This document shows positions 18,535 through 27,160 of a DNA stretch of 56,194 bases, piece by piece. Under the pieces are notes generated by a model, which saw only the letters and a list, made by a program, of their open reading frames with translations, had not been told where the DNA came from and did not search any database. The position numbers and the translations under genes are program-made. Numbering within the stretch: the first letter of the stretch is position 1; the number at the start of each line of letters is the position of its first letter. The stretch is from an uncultured Bacilli bacterium (lineage in GTDB: Bacteria > Bacillota_I > Bacilli_A > RF39 > UBA660): positions 1-56,194 of the forward strand of contig CANRHS010000002.1 in the NCBI GenBank assembly GCA_947630495.1, given 5' to 3'.

Positions 18535-19270
18535 CAAAGAAAAAGTAATTGGTCAAGTAGTAGTTGTTGTTGAAGGGGAAGAAGATGAATTTAAATTATT
18601 AAAACATATATTTACAAAGATTTTAGGATATAGTTATATTCAAATGAAACGAAATAAAGTAATGCAACATACATTTAAAAATAATCAAAATACTGTGATA
18701 GTTGCTAATACTAAAAGTTCTAGTATATCTTCTATAATGGAAGATAAAGATTATAAAGATAAATTATATAACTTATTAAAAAAAGAATATAATAAAACTT
18801 TAAAAAATACATTTATTTATATATTATGGGATAGAGATAAAGATACTAATAAAGATTCTAATTATATTAAAGCACTTGAAACTTATGCTAATTCTATGGA
18901 TAATGATTATGAAATGAATGGTTTATTGCTTATAAGTTATCCTTGTCTTGAAGCATATAATTTATCTAATTTTGATAAGAAATTATGGAAACGTGACTTT
19001 AAAACTAGTTTTGATGCTAAGAAAACTTTTCATATGTCTTTAAATTCTATAAAAGATATTAATGAAAAGACAATTTTATTAGCTGTTTATAACATGCATC
19101 ATAGTATGCTAGAGTATGGAATAAATAACTATGACCCATCTAATTTTAAAAGAATAAACAAAAGAATATTTCGACTTGAAAATGAGTATTTTAAACATAA
19201 TAAAATGTTTAATGCATTATCTCTTATTAGTATAATGTTAGTTGATTTAGGTATAATTGAAGAAATTTAA
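18485..19270 (+). CDS. RloB-like / Toprim-domain protein (AriB/OLD-nuclease-like partner)
   Basis: Overlaps the ATPase 3' end by 38-50 nt. VVVVVEGEEDEFKLL (Toprim EGxxE), ILWDRDKD and ISYPCLEAY resemble the RloB motifs (vfDrD, SnPcFElW). Confidence 0.6.
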   Translation: MEFLMECQNTIKNLRINKEKVIGQVVVVVEGEEDEFKLLKHIFTKILGYSYIQMKRNKVMQHTFKNNQNTVIVANTKSSSISSIMEDKDYKDKLYNLLKKEYNKTLKNTFIYILWDRDKDTNKDSNYIKALETYANSMDNDYEMNGLLLISYPCLEAYNLSNFDKKLWKRDFKTSFDAKKTFHMSLNSIKDINEKTILLAVYNMHHSMLEYGINNYDPSNFKRINKRIFRLENEYFKHNKMFNALSLISIMLVDLGIIEEI

Positions 19271-19287
19271 AAAGTTACAAAAAAGTG

Positions 19288-19316
19288 TTGACTCAAAGAA
19301 AATACAATGGTATAAT
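19288..19316 (+). promoter_or_regulatory. sigma-A type promoter for the RNA ligase gene
   Basis: TTGACT (19288-19293), 17-nt spacer, TG-extended TATAAT (19311-19316). Confidence 0.6.
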
Positions 19317-19343
19317 ATAGATACATAAAGAAAGGAGAATATT

Positions 19344-19973
19344 ATGGTAATTAAAAAAGAAATTTACCCTAAAACTGAAAGAGTAAAATGTGAAGGAGAT
19401 AAACTTTATGTAACTGAAAAACTAGATGGAAGTAATTTAGTATTCTTCAAAAAAGATGATATACTTTATATTGCTATGAGAAATAATATTATTCCAATTA
19501 ATGAACTTGAGGAAAATAAAGGTATTCTTTATAAAGGTTTATATGAATGGATAAATGATAATATTAATGAGTTAGATTTACATAATGGAAGTGCTATTTG
19601 TGGTGAATGGCTTGGAATGGGAAAATTAAAATATGATGTTGGTGAGTTTGATAAAAGATACTATTTATTTGCTAAAGCCAATATTGATGATGATTATAAT
19701 TTATATAATCTTATCTATGATCATGATTTATTAATTTATCCCTTTGTTAAAGGTAGTATTCCTAAATGTATAGGAATAGTTCCTGAAGTTGCAACCTTAA
19801 ATGTTTTACCAAATAAGGAACATTTAGATAGTTTATATCAAAAATATACTGCTAAAGTAAAAAGAAATGTTGAAGGGTTTGTTGTAAATTATAAAAATGT
19901 TATATCTAAGTATGTTAGAATGAAAAATGGAAAATTACAAGAACATTTTGATAATACGAATCGAGGAGCTTAA
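19344..19973 (+). CDS. ATP-dependent RNA ligase family protein (nucleotidyltransferase domain only)
   Basis: Ligase motif I EKLDGSN (Lys at about 19419-19421), motif III CGEWLG, motif IV VEGFVV, motif V SKYVRMKNGK. 209 aa. Confidence 0.75.
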   Translation: MVIKKEIYPKTERVKCEGDKLYVTEKLDGSNLVFFKKDDILYIAMRNNIIPINELEENKGILYKGLYEWINDNINELDLHNGSAICGEWLGMGKLKYDVGEFDKRYYLFAKANIDDDYNLYNLIYDHDLLIYPFVKGSIPKCIGIVPEVATLNVLPNKEHLDSLYQKYTAKVKRNVEGFVVNYKNVISKYVRMKNGKLQEHFDNTNRGA

Positions 19974-19992
19974 ACTAAGGTTTAAGTTTTTT
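19969..19992 (+). terminator. intrinsic terminator after the RNA ligase
   Basis: cttaaac-taag-gtttaag hairpin followed by tttttt. Confidence 0.65.
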
Positions 19993-20074
19993 CCATAATT
20001 TGGGAAAAAATATTTCAGATAATATTAGATTAAATAAAAAAAATATGATAGAATTAAGTAAGGAAGTGATGATT

Positions 20075-21553
20075 ATGAATTTATCAAAGTCAAAATATTG
20101 TCTAGGAGTAACTTGTAAAAAGAAATTATGGTTAGAAACTAATAAGCCAGAAGTTAAAGAAGAAGAGAATGGTCAAGTTTTATTAAATGGAACTTTAGTT
20201 GGAGAATATGCAAGGAACTTACTTGGAAAATCGGTAACGATACCTTTTAATAAAGACTTAAATGAAATGATTAATGATACTAAAAAATATTTACAAGAAG
20301 ATAATATTGTAATCTGTGAAGCATCATTTAATTATAATCATAATTTTTGTAGTGTTGATTTACTTAAAAAGGAAAAAGATAGTTATATAATATATGAAGT
20401 TAAAAGTTCAACTAGTATTCATGATATTTATTTAGATGATATAACTTATCAATATTATATATTAAAGAACTTAGGTTATAATGTTATAAAAACTTGTCTT
20501 GTTTTATTAAATCCTTTCTATGTAAGACATGGAGAAATTGATGTTAAAAAATTATTTAAAATAAAAGATGTAACCGATACTGTTTTAGAGAAAGTAAAAG
20601 AAATAGATAAAAATATTCAAGATATAAATTTATATATGGAAAATAAAGAAGAACCTAAATCAGAGTTATCTAAAAATTGTAAAGATTGTCCTTATTTTGC
20701 TTATTGTACTAAAGACTTAGATTCTAATAATGTTTTTAAAGTTAGATATATGCAAATGAGAAAAATGTTAGATTTATATAATAAAGGAGTAACTAGTTTT
20801 CCGGATTTATTAAAGGAACCTATTAATCCTAAATTTAAACAGCAAATAGAATTTACTTTGTATGATAAAGAACCTTATATTAATGAATATAAGTTAAAAG
20901 AGTTTTTGAAAACCCTTCATTATCCATTATATTTCTTGGATTTTGAAACTTATCAAGTTGCTATTCCTAACTATGATGGAGTAAAACCTTATATGCAAAT
21001 ACCTTTTCAGTATTCTTTGCATTATATAGAAAGTGAAGATGGAGAGTTGAAACATAAAGAGTTTTTAGGAGAAGTTGGAGTTGACCCAAGATATAGTCTT
21101 GCTAAGAGATTAGTTATGGATATTCCAGTTGACTCATGTGTCATGGCTTATAATATGCGATTTGAAAAGATGGTTATTCGAGAACTTGCCTCTTTATATC
21201 CTGATTTAAGTGATAAATTACTAATAATTCATGATAATATCGTTGATTTAATGGTACCATTTAAAAATAGAGAGTATTATACTAAAGAAATGGAAGGTTC
21301 CTATTCCATTAAAGCCGTGCTTCCAGCTTTATTTCCTGATGATCCAAGTCTAAATTATCATAACTTAGAAGATGTTCATAATGGAAGTGAGGCAAGTTCT
21401 AGTTTTGTTGAACTTGAAAAATTATCTCAAGAAGAACAAGATAAAATTAGAAATAGTTTACTAAAATATTGTTCTCTTGATACCTATGCTATGGTAAAAA
21501 TCTGGGAAAAACTAAAAGAAGTAACCAAAGAAAAAGTTAAAATCAGAAACTAA
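20075..21553 (+). CDS. DUF2779-type protein (Cas4-like PD-(D/E)xK nuclease N-domain with Cys cluster, plus C-terminal exonuclease-like domain)
   Basis: N-terminal SKSKYCLGVTCKKKLWL. D...YEVKSS nuclease motif. CKDCPYFAYC cluster. ATG 20075 follows an aaggaag RBS (the ORF track starts at 20000). Confidence 0.7.
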   Translation: MNLSKSKYCLGVTCKKKLWLETNKPEVKEEENGQVLLNGTLVGEYARNLLGKSVTIPFNKDLNEMINDTKKYLQEDNIVICEASFNYNHNFCSVDLLKKEKDSYIIYEVKSSTSIHDIYLDDITYQYYILKNLGYNVIKTCLVLLNPFYVRHGEIDVKKLFKIKDVTDTVLEKVKEIDKNIQDINLYMENKEEPKSELSKNCKDCPYFAYCTKDLDSNNVFKVRYMQMRKMLDLYNKGVTSFPDLLKEPINPKFKQQIEFTLYDKEPYINEYKLKEFLKTLHYPLYFLDFETYQVAIPNYDGVKPYMQIPFQYSLHYIESEDGELKHKEFLGEVGVDPRYSLAKRLVMDIPVDSCVMAYNMRFEKMVIRELASLYPDLSDKLLIIHDNIVDLMVPFKNREYYTKEMEGSYSIKAVLPALFPDDPSLNYHNLEDVHNGSEASSSFVELEKLSQEEQDKIRNSLLKYCSLDTYAMVKIWEKLKEVTKEKVKIRN

Positions 21554-22089
21554 CACTTCTGATTTTTTTGAATTTCTCTTAATTCTATAATTCCCTGACT
21601 TTGTTCTTGAATAATTTCTTTAGCAAGTACTTCTAATCGTTTATCTATCTTATAATTTAATAAATTTTTACACATCCTAATTGCTCCTTCATGATGAGGA
21701 ATCATTTCACTTATAAAATCTAAATTAATATTATTACATCTTAAACTATTTTCCATTTTGGTAATCATTGTCATTAAAATATCATGATAACATCTTAAAT
21801 AATCCATAACTTCTAAATAACTATTATTAGGAATATCTGTCGTATTATAAATTTCTTGCATTCTTTTAATTCCCTGTTCTTGAGTTTTAATTATTCCTTT
21901 TGCAATTTCTTTAAGTTTATCGTTTACATTATAATTAAGTAAATTTAAAGACATATAAATGGCTGCTTCATGATGAGGTATCATAGTTCTAATAAAATCT
22001 TTAGTTAAATTACAAGTTACTTGACTTGATTCCATTTGACTAATCATATCTTGTAAAATTATGTCAAACTCTCTTAAATAGTTTTCCAT
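21550..22089 (-). CDS. DUF305 family protein (tandem four-helix repeats)
   Basis: Two repeats of the MIPHHE(A/G)AI motif. Confidence 0.75.
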   Translation of the reverse strand: MENYLREFDIILQDMISQMESSQVTCNLTKDFIRTMIPHHEAAIYMSLNLLNYNVNDKLKEIAKGIIKTQEQGIKRMQEIYNTTDIPNNSYLEVMDYLRCYHDILMTMITKMENSLRCNNINLDFISEMIPHHEGAIRMCKNLLNYKIDKRLEVLAKEIIQEQSQGIIELREIQKNQKC

Positions 22090-22168
22090 CTAGATCACCT
22101 CTTTATAATAGTATAATCTTTTCGAAGAAAAGGGGTATCAATTCTTAAAATTTTATTGTATAATTATC

Positions 22169-22852
22169 TTGATGCTTATGAAGAAAATATTTTTATTATT
22201 GTTACTTATTTTAGTCACTGGATGTGGGGTTAAGGAAGTTGAACAATCTAAAGAAAAAGAAGAAATAAAAGAAGAAGAGAAAGAAAAGGAACCAACTTAT
22301 CAAGAAGAAAATCCTTTAAAGATAGGTCTTTATCAGAATAATGGAAATCTTTATAAAAAAGTAGATGAATTTATATCGCCTTTAGATTCTTATAAAGATA
22401 TTGGAACATTTTCAGTTATTTTATCTAATGATTCAGAAGTAACTGGAAGTAGTATTAAAGACTTATATAATAATGTTAAAAGTAGTTATGATGATTTTTC
22501 GAAATATAAAATAGGTTATAATATAAACTTTACAGTTAAAGATGGGACTACTTATAATGAAACCATTTTAAAACCTCTTGATTTATTTGATTATCCATTT
22601 TATAAATACTTATATATTTGGTTATATGATGATATTAATACAACAGGATGGCATTCCCATATTGAAGTCGATGATTATACAGATACAACAGTTATGTCAA
22701 GTATAAAGTTAATGTCAACTAGTTTAAGTAGAGAGGTTGTTGATGGGTTTAAAATTACTGTTTTTACATATGATACGATGGATGACTTTGATGAAAGTGG
22801 AAATTATCGGGGAGTAAGTAGTCATACCTTAACAATTAAATATGGAGGTTAA
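22169..22852 (+). CDS. lipoprotein
   Basis: Signal peptide with lipobox LVTGC. The start is ambiguous (TTG 22169, ATG 22172 or 22178). A tataat box lies only about 7 nt upstream. Confidence 0.7.
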   Translation: MMLMKKIFLLLLLILVTGCGVKEVEQSKEKEEIKEEEKEKEPTYQEENPLKIGLYQNNGNLYKKVDEFISPLDSYKDIGTFSVILSNDSEVTGSSIKDLYNNVKSSYDDFSKYKIGYNINFTVKDGTTYNETILKPLDLFDYPFYKYLYIWLYDDINTTGWHSHIEVDDYTDTTVMSSIKLMSTSLSREVVDGFKITVFTYDTMDDFDESGNYRGVSSHTLTIKYGG

Positions 22853-22856
22853 AAAT

Positions 22857-23660
22857 ATGAAAGAGATATCTGATCAAGTTATTAAAGGTTTAGTTAGTTT
22901 TGGAGGTAAATTATTAGTTGCTATTTTAATACTAGTAATTGGCTTTAAACTTATAAACCTTTTAATGAAGAAATTAAAGAAGGGAAGAATATTTAATAAA
23001 TTAGAGAAGAGTAGTCAAACTTTTGTTTTTAGTATTTTAAGTGTTGTTTTAAAAATCATGGTTTTAATTGTTGCTATCACCGAACTTGGAATACCTATGA
23101 CTTCAATTGTAACCTTGATTGGTTCGGCGGGACTTGCTTTAGGACTTGCCCTTCAAGGTGGTTTATCTAATATTGCTGGGGGAGTTACGATTATGCTCTT
23201 TAAACCCTTTAAAGTTGGAGATTACATTGATACCCATGCTGATGCTGGTACTGTTAAAGATATAAATATTTTTAGTACGGTTTTACAAACTTATGATAAT
23301 AAACTAGTTGTTATTCCAAATGGAACTTTAGCCAATACTATCATAGTTAATCAAACAGCATCTAAAACGAGACTTTTAGATATAACGGTTACTGTTAGTT
23401 ATAAAAATGATATTGATAAAGTAAAAGAAGTTTTAAATAGAATAATTCAAAAATCAAAATATCGATTAGATAAACATGAAACTCTAGTTGCTTTAAAAGA
23501 ACATGGAGAAAGTTCTTTAGTGTTTACTGCGAGAATGTGGGTTACCAGTGAAAACTATTGGCCTGCTAAGTATGAAATGTTGGAAGTAATCAAAAAAGAA
23601 TTTGATAAAGAAGGAATTGAAATACCATATCCTCAACTTGATGTTCATTTAGAAAAATAA
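22857..23660 (+). CDS. MscS-family mechanosensitive channel
   Basis: TM helices followed by GLALQGGLSNIAGGVTIMLFKPFKVGDYI and VIPNGTLAN. ATG 22857 follows GGAGG. Confidence 0.88.
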   Translation: MKEISDQVIKGLVSFGGKLLVAILILVIGFKLINLLMKKLKKGRIFNKLEKSSQTFVFSILSVVLKIMVLIVAITELGIPMTSIVTLIGSAGLALGLALQGGLSNIAGGVTIMLFKPFKVGDYIDTHADAGTVKDINIFSTVLQTYDNKLVVIPNGTLANTIIVNQTASKTRLLDITVTVSYKNDIDKVKEVLNRIIQKSKYRLDKHETLVALKEHGESSLVFTARMWVTSENYWPAKYEMLEVIKKEFDKEGIEIPYPQLDVHLEK

Positions 23661-23707
23661 TAGTCAAAAGTCACACCTTTCTAACTTTCGAATAAATTAG
23701 AATAGGA

Positions 23708-24664
23708 GTGATTTTTTTGGATTATAAATATTATTATAATAAATTACCAAATGGTAAAGATGATTATGGATTTAAAGGGGTTACTAAGGATGGCTATGGA
23801 CTTAAATGTACAAAGTTTAAGTTAAGATATCCTCCCCAATCTCAAGATGTGCAACCAGGTATGGAATATTTAATGAAACCAAGACCAATTTTTGATAACA
23901 AAGATTATAAAGGTTGTTGTAAATTAAATGATAAAGTTGCAATTATAACTGGAGGTGATTCAGGAATCGGAAGAGCCGTTGCCGTTTCATTTGTTAAAGA
24001 AGGATGTAAAGTTGTAATTGTTTATTTAAATGAAGATAAGGATGCAATCGAGACTAAAAATTATTTAGAGAATTTAGGTGGGGAATGTCTATTAATTCGA
24101 GGAGATTTAAAAAGACCTGAGTTTTCTAAAAAAATCGTTGAAGATACTTTAAAAACTTTTGGAAAAATTGATATTCTTGTTAATAATGCAGGTGTTCAAT
24201 ATCAACAAAAGAGCCTACTTGATATAAGTGATAAACAATTTGACTATACAATGAAAACAAATATTTATTCAATGTTTTATTTAACAAAAGCCGCTTTAAG
24301 ATATATGAAACCTGGGGCTTCGATTATCAACGTTACATCAGTTACAGCATTCTATGGTGAACCTGAATTAATCGATTATGTAACTTCAAAAGGAGCAATT
24401 GTTGGATTTACAAGAGCCTTAGCAACGAACCTTGCGGATAAAAATATCAGGGTAAACGCGGTTGCGCCAGGTTACTTCTGGACCGCCTTACAACCTGCTT
24501 GTTGGGAACCTGAAAAAATTCCAACGTTAGGCGCCGATGCACCAATGAAAAGAGCCGGTGAAGTTTATGAAATAGCCCCATTATTTGTTTATTTAGCGTC
24601 CCCAGATTCTTCTTATGTAACCGGTCAAGTTATGCACATCAATGGTGGTTTATATAAAGGATAA
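23708..24664 (+). CDS. SDR family oxidoreductase (YhdF/YghA-like)
   Basis: TGGDSGIGRA cofactor motif, NNAG, and YVTSK (YxxxK). The start could instead be TTG 23717. Confidence 0.88.
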   Translation: MIFLDYKYYYNKLPNGKDDYGFKGVTKDGYGLKCTKFKLRYPPQSQDVQPGMEYLMKPRPIFDNKDYKGCCKLNDKVAIITGGDSGIGRAVAVSFVKEGCKVVIVYLNEDKDAIETKNYLENLGGECLLIRGDLKRPEFSKKIVEDTLKTFGKIDILVNNAGVQYQQKSLLDISDKQFDYTMKTNIYSMFYLTKAALRYMKPGASIINVTSVTAFYGEPELIDYVTSKGAIVGFTRALATNLADKNIRVNAVAPGYFWTALQPACWEPEKIPTLGADAPMKRAGEVYEIAPLFVYLASPDSSYVTGQVMHINGGLYKG

Positions 24665-24685
24665 TTTAGATTATCTTTTATTTTT

Positions 24686-24714
24686 TTGTCAATTATTGAC
24701 AAAGTAATTGACAA
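24686..24714. promoter_or_regulatory. operator-like palindrome plus extra half-site
   Basis: TTGTCAAT-T-ATTGACAA (24686-24702) and a third AATTGACAA (24706-24714), upstream of the gene at 24773. Confidence 0.35.
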
Positions 24715-24772
24715 AAATACATTATTTATAATATATTATTATTAATCAGAATAAAAACGAAAGGAATTTACT

Positions 24773-25339
24773 ATGAAAGAAAAAGTTAAAGATGAAATTG
24801 ATTTTGAATATGGTGATAAAATTTATAACAAAATTTTTCAAATCGAAGAACTTACAGAATTAGAAAAAGAAAAAAATAGGCAGTTAGAAGCGATTATTAC
24901 AGATTTTTATCAAAAAGTTTGTCCTGGCTTGAAAAAAAGATATGAATTAAAAGACTTAGGTCTTGGTTATATTGAAGGATATGGTTATTGTACAATTTCT
25001 TTTCAGGAACGAGGTTTTTATGTACTTACACTTTTATATGACAATTTTCAAGAAATATATATGAAGCTTTTACTTAAAATAGCAGCTAGAATTAGTAGTG
25101 ATTATTGTTCACATAATCATGTAAAATTATTAAAAGTCTATGAAAAAAGAGCACCTTTAGTAAGTCATAACCATCTTTTGTTCTTTTATGAATTTATTTT
25201 AAAATTAATACTAAAATATTTTGATAATAATATTCCTATGGAATTTATTAAGTTCTATGAAAATATTCTTAATTATAGAGATGATTATTTTTATGAATAT
25301 AATCTTGAAGTAAAAAGATTTATAAAAAAGAAAAACTAG
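24773..25339 (+). CDS. hypothetical protein
   Basis: 188-aa ORF with an aaaggaa RBS. No recognisable motif. Confidence 0.55.
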   Translation: MKEKVKDEIDFEYGDKIYNKIFQIEELTELEKEKNRQLEAIITDFYQKVCPGLKKRYELKDLGLGYIEGYGYCTISFQERGFYVLTLLYDNFQEIYMKLLLKIAARISSDYCSHNHVKLLKVYEKRAPLVSHNHLLFFYEFILKLILKYFDNNIPMEFIKFYENILNYRDDYFYEYNLEVKRFIKKKN

Positions 25340-25361
25340 TAAAATGCTTACTAGTTTCTTT

Positions 25362-25964
25362 TTATCTGTTGTAGAATTCAACTATCAATGATTCATTTAT
25401 ATCAGCAGGTAATTCACTACGTTCTGGAAGTCTTACAAATTTAGCACTATTAGTATTCTTATCATAGTCAATGTATTCAACACGTGAAGTTACATTTTCA
25501 AGAGCTTCTTTAACACATTTTAAATCTTTAGAATTTTCTTTAAGTGCAATTGTAGAACCAACTTTTACACGGAATGATGGAATATCAACTTTTTTACCAT
25601 CAACTGTAATATGACCATGGTTAACAAGTTGTCTTGCACCACGTCTAGTATTAGCAAATCCCATACGATATACAAGATTATCTAGTCTTGATTCAAGAAG
25701 TTTTAAGAAGTTCTCACCATTGATACCTTGCATTTTAGATGACTCAACAAAAGTTTTATGGAATTGTCTTTCATTAAGTCCATACATGAACTTAACTTTT
25801 TGCTTTTCTTTTAATTGTTCACCATATTCAGACAACTTTCCTTGTCTTTTAGCACCATGCATACCAGGTTTGTAAGGTCTTCTTGCAATATCTTTTCCAT
25901 TCTCAAGAAGAGAAAATCCAACTCTACGACTTTGTTTACGACTTGGTCCTGTGTATCTTGACAT
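25362..25964 (-). CDS. rpsD: 30S ribosomal protein S4
   Basis: [15 protein letters not shown]-terminus and S4 RNA-binding domain. ATG 25964 follows GGAGGA. A TTGACT-17-TATAAT promoter (reverse complement of about 26123-26152) implies a leader of about 160 nt. Confidence 0.95.
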   Translation of the reverse strand: MSRYTGPSRKQSRRVGFSLLENGKDIARRPYKPGMHGAKRQGKLSEYGEQLKEKQKVKFMYGLNERQFHKTFVESSKMQGINGENFLKLLESRLDNLVYRMGFANTRRGARQLVNHGHITVDGKKVDIPSFRVKVGSTIALKENSKDLKCVKEALENVTSRVEYIDYDKNTNSAKFVRLPERSELPADINESLIVEFYNR

Positions 25965-26293
25965 ATTTTCCTCCTTCAATATTATTCATAAACATTGATA
26001 TTTATACAACTTTTAGGGAATTCTTTTTAATACTTTCACTAGATAACCAGAGTTACTTGTAAACTTAAAGAACACATTAAAAATTAATATAAATTGGGCT
26101 ATCAATCGAATATGCAAGTATATTATATGTGAGATTAACCTAAAAGTCAACAAAAATTTGCAAAAACTGTTGGAAAATTAACTTTAATATGCTAAAATAT
26201 AAGGCATTCATGGCGAAAATAAGAAAATGTTTAAGAAAAAAACTTGTTTAAAAGACCAAAATATGATAGTATTTAGATTAGGAAGATGATAAT

Positions 26294-27160
26294 ATGATCG
26301 ATTTTACAAATTGCAAAGAAGAAATTAATACTTATAAGGGTAGTGAAAAAAAGAAAACATTAATTTATGAAAATAAAAAGTATTTAGTTAAATTTCCTGA
26401 CCCAATTAGAGCAAAGAATAAAGATATATCTTATATTAATAATGCTTATTCAGAATATATTGGAAGTCATATCTTTGAAATGATTGGATTAAAAACTCAA
26501 AAGACTCTTTTAGGTAAATATAAGTATGATAATAAAGAAAAGGTTGTTTGTGCTTGTCTTGATTTTACTGATGAGGATAACTTTCTATTGGAGTTTGAAA
26601 ACTTAGCTTTAAGTATTAATGTTGATAAGAAAATTGATACGGAATTAAGCGATATAATGGGAATATTAGAAAGTAGTTGCAATTTAATTGATTATGATAA
26701 AACTAAAGAATTCTTCTTTGATATGTTTATTGTTGATGCTTTAATTGGAAATACAGATAGATATAATAATGATTGGGGATTTTTAGTAAATAAAAAGACG
26801 AAAGAAACTAAGCTTGCTCCAATCTTTGACTGTGGTTCTTGTCTTAATCCTTTATTAGAAGATAAAGAGATTATGATGTTTAAGACAAGTGATATTAAGA
26901 ATTTAGCAATTAATAATTATTCATGTTTTAAAGAAAATGGTAAAAAAATTAATTATCTTTCATATATTAAAGAAATGCAAAATGAAGATTGTAATAAGGC
27001 TTTACTTAGATTATTTAAAAGAATTAAAATAGATGAAATTTTAGAATTTATTGATAAAATAGAGTTAAGTGATGTAAGGAAGAATTTCTATAAAACTATT
27101 TTAGAATATCGTTATAATATACTAAAAGAAGTATATGAAAAATTAGGAGGCTCACTATGA
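26294..27160 (+). CDS. HipA-like (CtkA/HipT-type) Ser/Thr kinase
   Basis: GSEKKKTLIYENKKYLVKFPD (P-loop region), catalytic-loop-like IGNTDRYNNDWGF, and APIFDCGSCL. 288 aa, so it lacks the long HipA N-subdomain. Confidence 0.65.
   Translation: MIDFTNCKEEINTYKGSEKKKTLIYENKKYLVKFPDPIRAKNKDISYINNAYSEYIGSHIFEMIGLKTQKTLLGKYKYDNKEKVVCACLDFTDEDNFLLEFENLALSINVDKKIDTELSDIMGILESSCNLIDYDKTKEFFFDMFIVDALIGNTDRYNNDWGFLVNKKTKETKLAPIFDCGSCLNPLLEDKEIMMFKTSDIKNLAINNYSCFKENGKKINYLSYIKEMQNEDCNKALLRLFKRIKIDEILEFIDKIELSDVRKNFYKTILEYRYNILKEVYEKLGGSL

Noticed and set aside
25980-26293. T-box leader for trpS
   Set aside because: trpS has no 5' intergenic region because it overlaps the kinase gene. The distance from the predicted promoter (26170-26198) to the kinase start is only about 90 nt, too short for a T-box. 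No specifier or T-box sequence was recognisable.
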